A stretch of DNA of 64,000 bases from Felis catus (lineage: Eukaryota). This document shows, in pieces, positions 1 through 12,853 of the stretch. Each line of letters starts with the position of its first letter. Position 1 is the stretch's first letter. Location: assembly GCF_018350175.1 (NCBI RefSeq), contig NC_058368.1, forward strand, positions 58,654,001-58,718,000. The letters run 5' to 3'. Made by a program: the position numbers and the translations under genes. The notes under the pieces were generated by a model. It was not told the origin of the DNA, ran no database searches, and worked only from the letters and a program-made list of their open reading frames with translations.

Positions 1-1790
1 AGAATGGATTATAGAGGATAAAGGTGAAACTTGTGTGCACATTCTTATGGGAACTTAATTTCTCTGAAGACAGATGGGAAATTTCTTTCAAATTACCTTT
101 TCTGTAAAAAACATCATTTTTACCAAGGAAAAGGAATGTTTAGTTCTGATGACCATGGAAACAACACACATCTAATTTCAAGTTTAGATAGGGGAGTTAA
201 TGGATGAGATTCAAGTATAAAAATCAAACCTTTTATTTCCTTGCTTAAATGATAATAGCACCCAGGAGATGGCATTCCTTAGATAAATAACCCTTTCCTT
301 TATGATGCAATAAATATATTTGTTTTATTTTAGTAAGTTAGATTTTGTATTTAAGTAAGTATTTCAGAATGTCTATTTTTCTGCACAGTTGTTTCCCATG
401 TTGACTTCCTCTTGAAGCTAGTAATGTTTTTATAGAATTCCATACTCTAGGATCATCTTGCTTCCACAAATTCATTTTTCAAATGTTTATGCCCTTCATA
501 AGGAATTTGATTCCTTTTCTCCCATTATTAAGAAAAACATTGATTCTGAAGTTAAATCTAAAAGATAAAATTATCAAATGACATTTCATGTGTTTATATC
601 CTTAATACTGCAGCCCCCTCCTTTCCTGAGGGGAAGGAGAGGATACAGTATGATCTAATAGAACAATTACAGGCTTAAGAATTCTGACATTTAAAACTAA
701 AATAGGAACAGACCAAGAGGGTCTTAATGTTCCTGCCTCATGGGCAGGATGCTTTGGAAGAGGGAGAAAGAAGGGGCAGAGGAGGAGGGAGAAAGGGGGA
801 GAGAGAAGGGGAGAGAGCTGTTGTGTTGAATGATATAATTGAAAACACATTATATAAATTTTAACCTTGCTTTCTCTCCCTGTGGTGAATGTCTTATATC
901 TCTAAGGCATGTGTCCAATATACTGTCTTGATTTGGATATACAATTTTAAGTGGATAAAGAGGCACAAATTACTGAATGAGGAAACCCAATTGGAGAGAC
1001 AAGATTGGTAGAGAAATGAGGAAAGGAGATTATACTTTCAGCTTGGGAATTATTTACCTCTAAAAAATTTTTAAGTAAATATCTTTGTTGTTAGTAAAAT
1101 CTCAACATTTAACTGCTTTTGTAACTAGACTTCTATCTTTTAGTTGTGCCTTAAACACTGTAGGTAAAGATAACGTCATCATCATCATCATTACCATCAT
1201 ATCAGATTTTCTTTTCATTCCTGCCTAAAAAGATAACTATTGTAAAAATGCAGATTAAGAAAATCAAATCTATCAAAAGTTAAGCTAATTTTTTAAATGT
1301 ACATTGGTAGAGTAAAACTGCAGACATGAGATTCAAAAGTCATTCTCCTCTCCTGGTGAGTCAGAAGATTATAAAACAGGATGTTGGGTTAATCCAACCC
1401 TCAAACACAAAATTAGACTCCAAAACAAGACTGGGCAAGAGAGGAAGTGCCTTGCTCAACGGCAAACCAAAACTAGCAGAAGCTTGATCTTTAAGAAAAC
1501 AATTCAAGAAAAGCTTCCCTAAGGGTAAGATGTAAAACTATGCAAGTCAGAAAAAAGTATCAAAAGTTTTGAAAATTGGAAAGCTCTTTATTAGTGACCC
1601 TAATGGTTTGGATTGTTTAGTATTTATTTTGAAAAAAAAAAGTAAAAATTGGAGTGAGACTTGATGGAATTTTCTCTCAGCTGTATAATAATCTCTAAAG
1701 ATGAACTTTAGAGATTTAATTTATGATGCTTGAATACCATACACATTTATAGATCTACGTATTTCATGTCAATAGAAATTCAAGACTTGG

Positions 1791-1847
1791 GCAGGGAGTC
1801 TGCCTCTTTCTCTCTCCCTCAAAATAAATAAATAAACATTTAAAAAT
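1791..1847 (+). mobile_element. Can-SINE 3' tail fragment
   Basis: gcagggagtctgcc..(ct)n ccctcaaaataaataaataaacatttaaaaa is the typical Can-SINE 3' end. Confidence 0.6.
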
Positions 1848-2124
1848 AAGGTAAAATTGCTTTATTACTAATTAAAAAATGACATAAGAGGGAACGTTCA
1901 GGTGAATCTCTGATTCATGAAAAATAAATGTATGTTTTTCATGGTACGAATTACTTAATTAAAAAAAACACAACAAATTATGTGTTCCTGTATGAAAATA
2001 TTTTATATTTAACTCTATAACACATTTTTGCTTATATAATTAGCTGAAATAATATTATATGTAAGTCTAATAACAAACTAAAAAAATTGGGGTGGATTTG
2101 AGAATTGTATTTGCTTTGTGAATT

Positions 2125-3020
2125 TCTTTTTTTATTTATTTAAAATTCTATTATTAAACTATAGCTAAAGTGCATGTTATATTAGTTTCAGGTGTAACAT
2201 AGTGATTTGACAATTCTATACATTAACAATGCTTCCTACTATAAATGTAGTCATCATCTGTCAGTATGCAATGTTGTTACAATATATTGACTATATTTCC
2301 TATGCTATAATTTTCATCTATGTGACTTATTTATTTTATAACTAGAAGTTTGTACCTCTTAATCCCCTTCATCTATTTCATCCAAGCCCACAATCCCTTC
2401 CTCTTGGCAACTACCAGTTTGTTCTTTGTATTTATGAGTATTTTTGGTTTTTGTGTTAATTCGTCTTGTTTTTTAAATTCCACATACAAGTGAAATTTGT
2501 CTTTCTCTTTCTGACTTATTTGACTTAGCATAATACCTGCTAGGTATATCCATGTTGTCCCACATAGCAAGATCTTCTTCTTTTTTTTTCTAATTTTTTT
2601 GATGTTTATTTTTAAGTGAGAGAGAGAGAGACAGAGTATGAGTATGGAAAGGTCAGAGAGAGGGAGACACAGAATCTGAAGCAGTCTCCAGACTCTGATC
2701 TGTCAACATACAGCCTGACTTGGGATTCAAACCCACGAACTGTGAGATCATGACCCGAGCTGAAGTGAGAGGCTTAACCAACTGAAAACATATGAGTGCG
2801 TTTATCATTTCAAATTGTGTGGGTTTTTTTTTTTTTAGGTAAATATCTGGTAATGGAATTACTAGTTTGTATGGTTATTTCTTTTTTATTTTATTTTATT
2901 TTTTGGAGGAAACTCCATACTGCTTTTTACAGTAGTTGGACCAATTTACATTTGCACTAACAGTACAAGACGGTTCTCTTTTCTCCACATTCTCACCAAT
3001 ACTTGTTATTGTGAATCTCT
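2125..3020 (-). mobile_element. Old LINE-1 3' end (L1MA/L1_Carn-like), interrupted by a SINE
   Basis: T-rich tail at ~2125, L1 3'UTR motifs (attagtttcaggtgta, gcaactaccagtttgttc), ORF2 C-terminal remnant in ORF 2373..2570 (GIMLSQISQKEKDK). Confidence 0.85.
2581..2785 (-). mobile_element. Can-SINE, head deleted
   Basis: poly-T, (GA)n, gagacacagaatctgaagca, gagatcatgacc; stops at ccaactga without the gccacccaggcgcccc head. Confidence 0.9.
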
Positions 3021-3263
3021 TTTTAAATTACATTTGTTGAAATTACTCAATTCAGACTAACCAAGACTGGGATATCAAAACTATTTGTTCGATATCTTCA
3101 GAAATATTGCACTGTTGAAAACATCATATAGATTAAGTAAAACAGACACTATTTCTCTTCTTTGAGAATTTTAATTAGCAAATTAACTACTGATTGGCCT
3201 TCCCTTGATGCCTGATATTTGTTTTTTATTTATCTGTAAGTGTGCTGTAACATATTTTTTAAA

Positions 3264-3480
3264 GTTTTTTTAAATGTTTATGTATTTTTGAGAGAGAGAG
3301 AGAGAGGGAGAGAGCGCACACAAGTGGGGGATGGGCAGACAGAAAAGGAGACACAGAATCCAAACCAGGTTCCAGGATCCAAGTAGTCAGCACAGAGCCC
3401 AACGTCAGGCTTGAACTCATGAACAGTGAGATCATGACCTGAGCTGAACTCAGACACTTAACTGAGCCACCCAGGAATCC
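3264..3480 (-). mobile_element. Can-SINE
   Basis: Full body; degraded TSD tgtaacatattttttaaa / tataacatactctttaaa. Confidence 0.92.
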
Positions 3481-3676
3481 TTATAACATACTCTTTAAAC
3501 CTTTGCAGAAGTAGAAAAAGAGTTCCTTTCCATAGTTCTGATATTTTTTCCTGTACAAAATGAGCTCAGCTCTGATTTTCTGATTTGCACATCTCTGTGT
3601 AAATTTTAAAGTCAATTAAGAATGCCTGGTAAGAAAAATGCGGCAGTGGCTACCCCACTTTCAGAAACTAATTTTT

Positions 3677-6600
3677 TTTTGGTTAAAGTTTTATTTATTT
3701 ATTTATTCATTCATTCATTCATTCATTCATATTAAATATAATTTATTGTCAGATTGGTTTCCAAACAACACCCAGTGCTCATCCCAACAGGTGCCCTCCT
3801 CAATGCCTATCACCCACTTTCCCCTCTGCCCCTCCCCATCAACCCTCAGTTTGTTCTCAGTATTTAAGTCTCTTATGGTTTGCCTTCCTCCCTCTCTAAA
3901 TTTTTCCCCCTTCCACTCCCCTGTGGTTCTCTGTTAAGTTTCTCAGAATCCACATATGAGTGAAAACATATGTTAACTGTCTTTCTCTGCCTTATTTCAC
4001 TTAGCATAATATCCTCCAGTTCCATCCATGTTGCTGCAAATGACCAGATTTCATTATTTCTCATTACCAAGCAGTATTCCATTGTATATATAAACCACAT
4101 CTTCTTTATCCATTCATCAGTTGATGGACACTTAGATTCCTTCCATAATTTATCTGTTGTTGAAAGTGCTGCTATAAACATTGGGGTACATGTACCCTAT
4201 GCATCAGCACTCTTGTATCCCTTGGGTCAATTCCTAGTTGTGCTATTCTGGGTCATAGGGTAGATCTATTTTTAATTTTTTGAGGAACCTCCACATTGTT
4301 TTCCAGAGTGGCTGCACCAGTTTGCATTTCCACCAACAGTTCAAGAGGGTTCCCGTTTCTCCACATCCTCTCCAGCGTCTATAATTTCCTGATTTGTTCA
4401 TTTTAGCCACTTTCACTGTGGAAGTGGTTTTGATTTGTATTTGATTTGATTCTCAGTGTGGTTTTGATTTGTATTTCCCTGATGATGAGTGACGTTGAGC
4501 ATCTTTTCATGTGTCTTTTGGACGTCTGGATGTCTTCTCTAAAAGAAGTGTCTATTCATGTCTTCTGCCCATTTCTTCACTGGATTATTTGTTTTTTGGG
4601 TGTGGAGTTTGGTGAGTTCTTTATAGATTTTGGATACTAGCCCTTTGTCTGATATGTCATTTGTAAATATCTTTTCCCATTCCATCAGTTGCCTTTTAGT
4701 TTGGTTGATTGTTTCTTATGCAGTGCAGAAGCTTATTAACTTCATGAGATCCCAATAGTTCATTTTTGCTTTTAATTCCCTTGCCTTGGAGATATGTCGA
4801 GTAAGAAATTGCTGCAGCTGAGGTCAAAGAGGTTTTTTCCTGCTTTCTCCTCTAGGGTTTTAATGGTTTCCTGTTTCACATTCAGGTCCTTCATCCATTT
4901 TGAGCTTATTTTTGTGAATGGTGTAAGAAAGTGGTCTAGTTTCATTCTTCTGCATGTTGCTGTCAAGTTCTCCCAGCACAATTTGTTTCCTGCTTTGTCA
5001 AAGATTAGTTGGCCGTACATTTCTGGGTCAAATTCTGGGGCCTCTATTATTTTCCATTGGTCTATGTGTCTGTTTTTGTGTCAATACCATACTGTCTTGA
5101 TGATTACAGCTTTTTAGTAGAGGCTAGAGTCTGGGGTTGTGATGCCTCCCGCTTTGGTTTTCTTCTTCAATATTACCTTGCTATTCGATGTCTTTTGTGG
5201 TTCCATACAAATCTTAGGATTGCTTGTTCTAGCTTTGAGAAGAATGCTGGTGCAAATTTGATGGGGATTGCATTGAATGTGTAGATTGTTTTGGGTTGTA
5301 TTGAAATTTTAACAATATTTATTCTTCCAATCCATGAGCATGGATTGTTTTTCCATTTCTTTTATCTTCAATTTTCTTCATAAGCTTTCTATAGTTTTCA
5401 GCATACAGATCTTTTGCATCTTTGGTTAGGTTTATTCCTAGGTATTTTATGATTCTTGGTGCAATTGTGAATGGGACCAGATTTTTTACCTCTCTTTATA
5501 TTGCTCATTATTGGTGTATAAAAATGCAACCGATTTCTGTATATTGATTTTGTACCCTGCAATTTTGCTAAATTCATGTATCAGTTCTAGTAGACTCTTG
5601 GTGGAATTTGTCAGGTTTTCTGTGTAGAGTATCATGTCATCTGCAAATAGTGAAAGTTTGACTTCATCCTTGCCAATTTTGATGCCTTTGATTTAATTTT
5701 GTTGTCTGATTGCTGATGCTAGGACTTCCAACACTATGTTAAGCAACAGTGGTGAGAGTGGCCATCCCTGTCATGTTCCTGATCTCAGGGGGAAGGTTCT
5801 CAGTTTTTCCTCATTGAGGATGATATTAGTTGTGGGCTTTTCATAAATGGCTTTTATGATGTTTAAATATGTTCCTTCTATCCCGACTTTCTTGAGGGTT
5901 TTTATTAAGAAAGGATGCTGAATTTTGTCAAATGCTTTTTCTGCCTCAATTGACAGGATCATATGGTTCTTATCTTTTCTTTTATTAATGTGATGTATCA
6001 CATTGATTTATTTGCAAATACTGAACCAGCCCTGCAGTCCAGGAATGAATCCACACTTGATCATGGTGAATAATTCTTTTTATATGCTGTTGAATTCTAT
6101 TTGTTAGTATATTGTTGAGAATTTTTGCATCCATATTCATTAGGGATATTGGCCTATAGTTCTCTTTTTTTGCTGGGTCTCTATCTGATTTGGGAATCAA
6201 AGTAATGCTGGCTTCATAGAATGAGTCTGGAAGCTTTCCTTCCCTTTCTATTTTTTGGAACACCTTGAGAAGGATAAGTATTATCTCTGCTTTAAATGTC
6301 TGCTAGAATTCCTCAGGGAAGCCATCTGGTCCTGGACTCTTATTTGTTCGGAGGCTTTTGATAACTGATTCAATTTCCTCACTAGTTATGGGTCTGTTCA
6401 AATTTTCTATTTCTTCCCATTTGAGTTTTGGAAGTGTGTGGTAATTTAGGAATCTGTACATTTCTTCCAGGTTGTCCAGTTTGTTGGCATATAATTTTTC
6501 ATAGTATTCCCTGATAATTGCTTGTATTTCTGAGGAATTGGTTGTAATAATTTCATTTTAATTCATGATTTTATCTATTTGGGTCCTCTCTCTTTTCTTT

Positions 6601-9106
6601 TTGAGAAACCTGACTAGAGGTTTATCAATTTTGTTTCTTTTTCAAAAAACCAACTCTTGGTTTCATTGATCTGCTCTACTGTGTGTTTGTTTTTTATTTT
6701 TTAATCTACATTGTTTTTTTCTGCTCTGATCTTTGTTATTTCTCTTCTTCTACTGGGTTTGGGGTGTCTTTGCTGTTCTCTTCCTAGTTCCTTTAGGTGT
6801 GCTGTTAGATTTTGTATTTGGGATTTTTCTTGTTTCTTGAGATAGGCCTGGACTGCAATGTACTTTCCTCTCAGGACTGCCTTTGCTGCATCCCAAAGCA
6901 TTTGGATTATTGTATTTTAATTTTCATTTGTTTCCATATATTTTTAAATTTCTTCTCTAATTGCCTGGTTGACCCATTCATTCTTTAGAGGATATTCTTT
7001 AACCTCCATGCTTTTGGAAGTTTTCCAGACTTTTTCCTGTGGTTGTTTTCAAGTTTCATAGCATTGTGATCTGAAAGTGTGCATGGTATGATCTCAATTC
7101 TTTTATACCTATTAAGGGCTGTTTGTGACCCAGTATGTGATCTATCTTGGAGAATGTTCCATGTGCACTTGAGAAGAAAGTATATTCTGTTGCTTTGGGA
7201 TGCAGAATTCTAAATATATCTGTCAAGTCCATCTGGTCCAATGTATCATTCAGGGCCATTGTTTCTTTACTGATTCTCTGTCTAGATGATCTATCCATTG
7301 TTGTAAGTGGGGTGTTAAAGTCCCCTGCAATTACCACATTCTTATCAATAAGGTTGCTTATGTTTGTGATTAATTATTTTATATATTTGGGGGCTACCAA
7401 ATTTGGTGCATAGACATGTATAATTGTTAGCTTTTCCTGATGGATAGACCCTGTAATTATACAATGCCCTTCTTCATCTCTTGTTACAGCCTTTAATTTA
7501 AAGTCTAGTTTGTCTGATATAAGTATGGCTACTCCAGTTTTCTTTTGACTTCCAGTAGCATGACACATAGTTCTCCATCCCCTCACTTTCAATCTGAAGG
7601 TGTCCTCAGGTCTAAAATGAGTCTCTTGTAGACAGCAAATAGATGGGTCTTGTTTTTTTTTGTTGTTGTTGTTGTTTTTTTATCCATTCCGATACCGTAT
7701 GTCTTTTGATTGGAGCATTTAGTCCATGTACATTCAGTGTTATTTTTGAAAGATAATGGGTTTAGAGTCATTGTGGTATCTGTAGGTTTCACACTTGTAG
7801 TGATGTTTCTGGTACTCTGTGGTCCTTGCAACATTTCACTCACAGAGTCCCCTTAGGATCTCTTGTAGGGCTGGTTTAGTGGTTATTAATTCTTTCAGTT
7901 TTTGTTTGTTAGGGAAAACCTTTATCCTTCCTTCTATTCTGAATGACAGACTTGCTAAATAAAGGATTCTTGACTGCATATTTTTCCTGTTCATCACTTT
8001 GAAGATTTCCTATCATTCCTTTCTGGCATGCCAAGTTTCAGTAGATAGGCCTGCTACTACCCTTATGTGTCTACCTTTGTATGTGAAGGCCTGTTTATCC
8101 CTAGCTGCATTCAGAATTCTCCATTTATCCTTGTATTTTGCCAGTTTCACTATGATATGTCATGCAGAAGATCAATTCAAGTTATATCTGAAGGGAGTTC
8201 TCTGTGCTTCTTGGATTTCAATGCCTGTTTCCTTCCCCAGATTGGGGAAGTTCTCACCTATGATTTGTTCAAGTACACCTTCAGCCCTTTCTCTCTCTCT
8301 TCTTCTGGAATTCCTATGATACTGATATTATTCCATTTGATTGCATCACTTCATTCTCTAATTCTCCCCTCTTACTCCTGGATTTTTTTATCTCTCTTTT
8401 TCTTAGCTTCCTCTTTTTCCATAGTTTTATCTTCTAATTCTCCTATTCTCCCCTCTGCCTCTTCAATCTGTGCTGTAGCCACCTCCGTTTAATTTTGTAC
8501 CTCATTTATAGCATTTTTAAATTCATCATGACTATTTTTTGGTCCCTTGATCTCTGTAGCAATAGATTCTCTGCTTTTTTCAAGCCCAGCAATTAATTTT
8601 ATAACTATTATTCTAAATTTTTGTTCAGTTATATTGCTTAAGTCGGTTTTGATCAATTCGTTAGCTATCACTACTTCCTGGGGTTTCTTTTGAGAGTTCT
8701 TCCGTTTCATCATATTGGCTAGTTGTCTGTCCCTTATGTGTTTTAAAAGCTTGTTGTGTGCTCTGCACCTGTGAGCACTGCTATATTAAAGGGGGATCAT
8801 ACACCGTCTGGAGCCTGGCCCCTCAGGAGGTGTTTTCTTGGAATTGTTACTTTCTCTCATTTGTTCTGACTTTGGTTATTTTATTACCCTACTCATAGTG
8901 ATATTTTGGACCCTCCACCAGGTGTGCTTTGATTTGTTCCTTGGAGTAGCCCTATCTTTTCTCCAGTTTTCCCATTTTCTTCCTGGCAGATTCAGTCTCT
9001 TTTCCTCCCAGACTCTGGGGTTCAAAGTACTTTGCCTTCAGCACTTTTTTTTTTTTGAGAGACATGGGAAGTACGGATCCCCCTACTTCTCTGCCATCTT
9101 GGCCCG
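3677..9106 (-). mobile_element. LINE-1 with 5' end retained and most of the 5'UTR missing (probable spliced copy); ORF1 and ORF2 disrupted
   Basis: 5' start gggccaagatggc at ~9105; ORF1 ATG at 8713 (MMKRKNSQKK); EN and RT fragments in the ORF track ([30 protein letters not shown]); 3'UTR and tail at ~3677-3950; 14-bp TSD agaaactaattttt (3663-3676) / agaaaataattttt (9107-9120). Confidence 0.97.
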
Positions 9107-9259
9107 AGAAAATAATTTTTGATTATTTGAATCAATTCCTTTATTTGTTTAAAAGTGTAACTTAAAGAATTTGGGAAAAAAAGGATTTTATTAAGGTAGA
9201 GTACCCACACAGTAAACAACAAGACAGTTTATACTACTGTTTTTTTATGTTGTATAGAT

Positions 9260-9416
9260 CAGTTCTTCAAAAATGTTGATGTGCTTATAAATCACCTGGG
9301 AATCTTGTTACAATGAAGGTTTTGATTCAGGAGGACTGGGTAAAGCCTGAAATTGTGTGTTTTTCTAACCATCTTCCAAACGATGTTACTTCTGCTGACC
9401 TTGGAACATGCTTGAT
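9260..9416. mobile_element. MER5-like hAT-Charlie relic
   Basis: aatcacctgggaatcttgtta..gattcagga..ggg..gcctgaaattg resembles MER5 consensus. Confidence 0.7.
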
Positions 9417-9839
9417 GTATTAAGGAGATTGACCATAACTGCTGTAAATGTTACAGGCATTTTAAAAAAGGGGGAGAGTGCCAGATGTAAGCCCTCAGTG
9501 TTGGGAAAAATTGTAAAAGACTTTGAAATGGGCACATACAGAAATAAACTACTGGGTATTCTATTAACAAAGCCCTCTGGGTTAGATGATTGTATAGGGT
9601 ATGCAAATGTTCACTGCCATTGAGATACTTTATAAGACTCTATGTCAGAGAGAATTGACAACAATGCAAATAACTCCTGCTGAAAGAAATTAACTTTGTC
9701 TTGTGTTTTTATGATTGATTATTGCCTTATGAATATTGAATTTTATTAACAAAATGATTTTAGGATTTTTGATTACATGTGTGTCTGTTCTTTGAATTCT
9801 CCTATAAAGTAGTTTAGATCTTATTGGTACCCTCAGTAA

Positions 9840-10170
9840 ATAATAAGCATATAAAATTTTTGTTCTGTAGTCATTTTATATTTGAAATAGAGTCATGATC
9901 TTATCCTTAAAATATAGATCTTTGAACTTAATGGAAGGCTTCATTTAAGAGTTAGAATTTGAATTGAGCTTGGATACATAGGTAAGAAACATTTAGGTCA
10001 AGAGGGTGATAGGAAGAATATATTCTAAGAAAAGGAACAACATAAGACAAGTAATGGGGCATTGATAATGACATTGATGCATTTATAAACAGGCAGGTAA
10101 GTGTGATTGGTAGTGAGGCTTAGTGTGGGTTTATAACTAAGGATTTAAATGGGCATGTCAACCTGGATGC
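9840..10170 (-). mobile_element. L2 fragment
   Basis: ggaaggcttc..tttgaattgagctt..aaggaacaacataagacaa typical of antisense L2. Confidence 0.5.
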
Positions 10171-10962
10171 AATATTTAAAGAAAATTAGTGTAACATACA
10201 ACATAAATATCAAAAGAAGAGTGTAAATAAAGATAAAAATGCAGGAATCCCTAGTACTTTGGTGTAATTCATGACATAATTATGCAAATTTAAGCCAAAA
10301 TTGACAATATTTAATGAATGACTCTATAAAGGATAAGGGGGGAAAAAAACAAAGTGACCATACTGTTATTTTCAGAAGCTTTTTTTTACATTAAAATCAT
10401 TTAAAACTTATAGAAAAACAGCAAAATTAGTATAGATATTCTGATGTAATCAGATTCAACATTTTTAAAAATTTTACTGAGCTTGATTTCTCTCTCCCCT
10501 ACCCTGCATGTGTGTGTATGTGTGTGTTTATATCATCCCTCCCTCTTATATCTTTCCTTCTCTCTTGCTTTCTTTTTCTCTTATCTATTATCTTAACCTC
10601 CTGAAAATTGGTATCAGTATTATAATTCTTACAGTTTTGAAGTAGAATTTTTATAGAATGTTGTTGCCCCTAAGAATAAAATATAAATATTAAAAAAATA
10701 AATTAAAGAAGACCAGACATTTTGGAGAGAAGTTGTCTTGATCAATATAGATCTGAGTCAGCAAACATAAAATAGCATTTCACTTGAAATTAAGCCTTTG
10801 TACTACGATATGTCACTTGAATTTTTGGACAAAACACTGATGAGACATTTTTCTTTCACAGGTACTATAGAAACTGGATATTTTTCTGAGTATGTTAAGA
10901 TTCCTAACTTTAAGAGACATTTGAATTTGTCCACAAAGTTTCTCTTATTTTTTATTGAAGGT

Positions 10963-11305
10963 CAGGTATCATGAAGCTATGGTTTAAGGGACATATCTAA
11001 CCTGTTGCCTGCTTTTGTATATAGGGTGGAGACAGTAAAATAAAGATGGTTTAAATTTAAAAAAAAATTGAAAAGTTAAGGAATAATATTTTGTGATATG
11101 TGCAAAAATATATAAAATTCAACTTTCAGTGTCCATAAATAAAGTTTTTTTGGAACCCAGCCATGCCATTCACTTATGTAGCATCTCTAGCTGCTATCCA
11201 TTAGAATGGCAGAGTTGAATAGTTATGACAGAGAAGGTTTGTCCCACAAAGCTTAAAATAGTATATAGTCTTTTATAGAATCAAAAAAAAAGTTGTCAAC
11301 ACCTA
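10963..11305. mobile_element. MER58B-like hAT-Charlie element
   Basis: ttcagtgtccataaataaagttttt..ggaacccagccatgcc..ggcagagttgaatagtt..gacagaga; ~340 bp with TIR remnants. Confidence 0.85.
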
Positions 11306-11707
11306 CTTAAGGTGATATGAGGTAATCTGTCTCCTTCTCTAACCGTGAAATGATTGACAGTGGTGGTGGTACCCAAATATGTGTTTGTTCCAGTTTGGGA
11401 TACCGTGAGGCTGCTTCCCCATGATCTCTCAGAGACATATTATTACATGTTGTATAACAAGTTATGAAATATAAAGAACTGCTCCCCACATTTTCCTCTC
11501 TCCCTTGGGAATTGAATGGCCTCTGCCTTCTATACAATTCCCTCCCAATGGTAGCTTTCCAAGCCCAGTTTTTCCCAGATGAACAAAAAAAATACTCAGA
11601 TGGATAATGGCCAAAATGCCTTAGCTGTGAGACCAAGGGTCGCATGGCCCATTTCGCTCTGCAAATTTTTCATTCATTGGGAACAGATGGGTGCAATACT
11701 TGGTAAA

Positions 11708-11900
11708 GAAGTTCTCAACCCCCCTAGGGACATTTGGAAATGTCTGGAGGCATTTGAAAAATTTTTTTCTTAAAAACTGAAAATCAACTATCAACAGTTA
11801 ATGGAGAGATTATAGGGGTGTGAAACATCATGCAATGCATGTGACAGTGAAAAATTACCCTTTGAAAGATTTCAACACACTCTCATTCAGAAATATTGCT
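11708..11900. mobile_element. MER20-like hAT element
   Basis: gttctcaacc..gggacatttggaaatgtctggaggcattt..aaacatcatgcaatgca. Confidence 0.7.
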
Positions 11901-12853
11901 TTAAAGCATTAAAAACAAAAATGGAACTTTTATTTTCTCTCTTTCAAAACACAATCAAAAATTGATATGGTGCCCATCTGGCTCCGCAACAACTACAACT
12001 AGTGAAATAATAACTCTCAACTAGACAATGACAAGTGCTCAATGCTCTCAGTCTTGTGTGGTTTTCCTGTAGTCATTTGGAGACAAGTTTTAGACGAGTT
12101 ACTGTTTTTTTTAAATAAATGAGAATGATTAATTATAAAAATATATCTTATAATATTTTAAAAGATTTTGAGAGAATTGTTCCCCTTTAATTTAATACAG
12201 ATTAATAATCTCCAAACTGTTTCATAAATGAAAAGCATGATCTTTTTCATTTTACTCACGTATACTCCTGAAATGAAAATTTTTTTTTTAGCCAGTGGTT
12301 AGGAAACTTATAACCTCATAGATTTTAGCCCTCAAAGAGGTACTGGCATGGTTAATTGAGTAATTAAATTGGAACACATTTTTTAAAATTCCACATTAGA
12401 ATTGACCAATCATTTTTCATTTTCAGCAAATAGTCCAAAGTTAGATCTATAGATGCACTACAGTAAAGCCAGGTATTTTAACAGAATATATAATGAAAAG
12501 GACTCCAGGAATTTTAAGCTGAATTGGTAAAACAAACCCACAATGGATTAGGGCTATTCATGATTTTAGTGTGGTTGACAAACTTCCCTTTTTGTTCTAT
12601 GAAATATTACCAAGGAACTGGAGATACAATTTTTATTTTCGATCTCCAATAAATTCATGACCTATTACTAATTTAACCTTTATGTATATATGACTTATAT
12701 ATCGTGAATCGTTTTGAATATCATTTTTCACTTTCCTAAACCTGTAAAGGGAAGTTTTATTATTCCTGTGGGGTGTTTTAATCCAAAGCAAAACTGTGCT
12801 TTGGGCAAAAACAGATTGTGAAAAAAGCCAATGGAGAAGACAAGCACATTCTT

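Noticed and set aside
740..820. Purine-rich G/A tract as triplex or G-quadruplex element
   Set aside because: Short, irregular low-complexity tract common in mammalian DNA; nothing indicates function.
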